Below, one piece after another: positions 29,685-30,487 of a stretch of 30,487 nucleotides of DNA (the stretch's first letter is position 1; every line of letters starts with the position of its first letter). The translations under genes were made by a program, and so were the position numbers. The stretch spans positions 1 through 30,487 of the forward strand of contig JAEOUE010000129.1 of the NCBI GenBank assembly GCA_016839515.1, given 5' to 3'. The notes beneath the pieces were generated by a model. That model had not been told where the DNA came from and searched no databases. It was given only the letters and a program-made list of their open reading frames with translations. Origin of the DNA: Candidatus Hodarchaeum mangrovi (GTDB lineage: Archaea; Asgardarchaeota; Heimdallarchaeia; Hodarchaeales; Hodarchaeaceae).

Positions 29685-30341
29685 TTATGAAACTGCCTCT
29701 TTTATTTTTTCCAATAACATTCTTTCTGGTACAGCTCCTACAATATCCCATTCATCATTTACAATAGTCTTTGGAACACCCTGTACTCTGTATTTCATGG
29801 AAAGTTCTTGAAATTCAGTAGCTTCGATCATATCAGCAATGATATTTTCATTGAGCATCGCAAATTGAAATGCCGTTAATACAGCCCGTGGACAGTATGG
29901 ACATGTTGGTGTTACAAATACTTGGAGATGAACAGGTTTATCAAGATTTTCTACTTCTTCTATTACAGTCGGATCAAGTTTTATACGATCTTCTTGTCCA
30001 GCTAACAGAATTGTTTCTATTAAAGTACCAAATTCATATCCTGATGGTATACCATAAAAGCGAACTAACCCTTTTCCTTTTCCTTCAACAGCAACAGCGG
30101 GATGTCGTTTTATCTTCCATTCCTGAGCTTTTTCGCTTGTTATATCACATTCACAGTGTTCAAGTTTTATTTTATCTGATTGTTTTGCCACTTGTTTTAC
30201 TAATGATAGGGTTTCATTACATAATAAACAGTGACCACTCTTTGTGAACATATGTAGTGTTACTTCAGAGGTTAAGTCATTAAACATTTCTCTAACTTCA
30301 TTTAAAATTTTTTCTTCAATGCGTACTACTTCTTCAGACAT
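29685..30341 (-). CDS. Archaeal-type protein disulfide oxidoreductase (two thioredoxin units)
   Basis: CLLC, RFYGIPSGYEF, VFVTPTCPYCP, MIEATEF, VQGVPKT and GAVPE. Confidence 0.9.
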   Translation of the reverse strand: MSEEVVRIEEKILNEVREMFNDLTSEVTLHMFTKSGHCLLCNETLSLVKQVAKQSDKIKLEHCECDITSEKAQEWKIKRHPAVAVEGKGKGLVRFYGIPSGYEFGTLIETILLAGQEDRIKLDPTVIEEVENLDKPVHLQVFVTPTCPYCPRAVLTAFQFAMLNENIIADMIEATEFQELSMKYRVQGVPKTIVNDEWDIVGAVPERMLLEKIKEAVS

Positions 30342-30459
30342 AATAAGTTCTCCAAGAATCTTGATTAGAATTTTGATTGTGTATTTAAAAGTATTCCTCT
30401 TTTTGAATATTACAAGAAACGTTATATAGCTTTTTTACAATATGCTAATTAGTGGTAAT

Positions 30460-30487
30460 ATGAGCTTTGAATTGACAGAAATGGACT
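30460..30487 (+). CDS. Possible 5' end of a divergent gene running off the window
   Basis: ATG 30460 gives MSFELTEMD, open to the window end. It resembles the LxxxD start of Lrp/AsnC or MarR regulators but is too short to be sure. Confidence 0.25.

Noticed and set aside
18599-30429. Remaining short track ORFs (18599, 19447, 20575, 21541, 22271, 22417, 23997, 25060, 25429, 26236, 27606, 27613, 28856, 29870, 30244)
   Set aside because: All overlap longer motif-bearing genes as antisense or alternate-frame shadows.

Overview
AT-rich, gene-dense prokaryotic DNA that looks archaeal: GGTGA/AGGTG ribosome-binding sites, oligo-T terminators, an archaeal-type protein disulfide oxidoreductase and an HxxRNxLQ kinase. 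An Asgard/Heimdallarchaeia-like host is an inference only. The left part holds a degenerate PAS/histidine-kinase fragment, an SAH/MTA deaminase-AhcY pair with an SIH-like signature, a bacterial-type NADP-GDH with a receiver/PEP-synthase-like fusion, and a beta-carbonic anhydrase. From about 9.9 to 29 kb, two paralogous TldD/TldE protease pairs bracket an accessory island. The island carries DsrE, a tandem GbsR-like regulator, an ABC exporter, a radical SAM/SPASM enzyme with a methyltransferase, two DoxX proteins, a TIGR04076-like protein, three glycosyltransferases, a TIGR04282/DUF2064 protein, DinB and a YeeE transporter. Two small ORFs missing from the ORF track were found by hand translation: a 47-aa peptide 20 nt downstream of the rSAM gene and a 46-aa peptide ending WNWH upstream of tldD. 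The best candidate novel system is an archaeal rSAM/SPASM peptide-modification (RiPP-like) locus joined to a glyco/sulfur module. No rRNA, tRNA, CRISPR or transposase was seen. All family calls come from motif recognition, not database searches.
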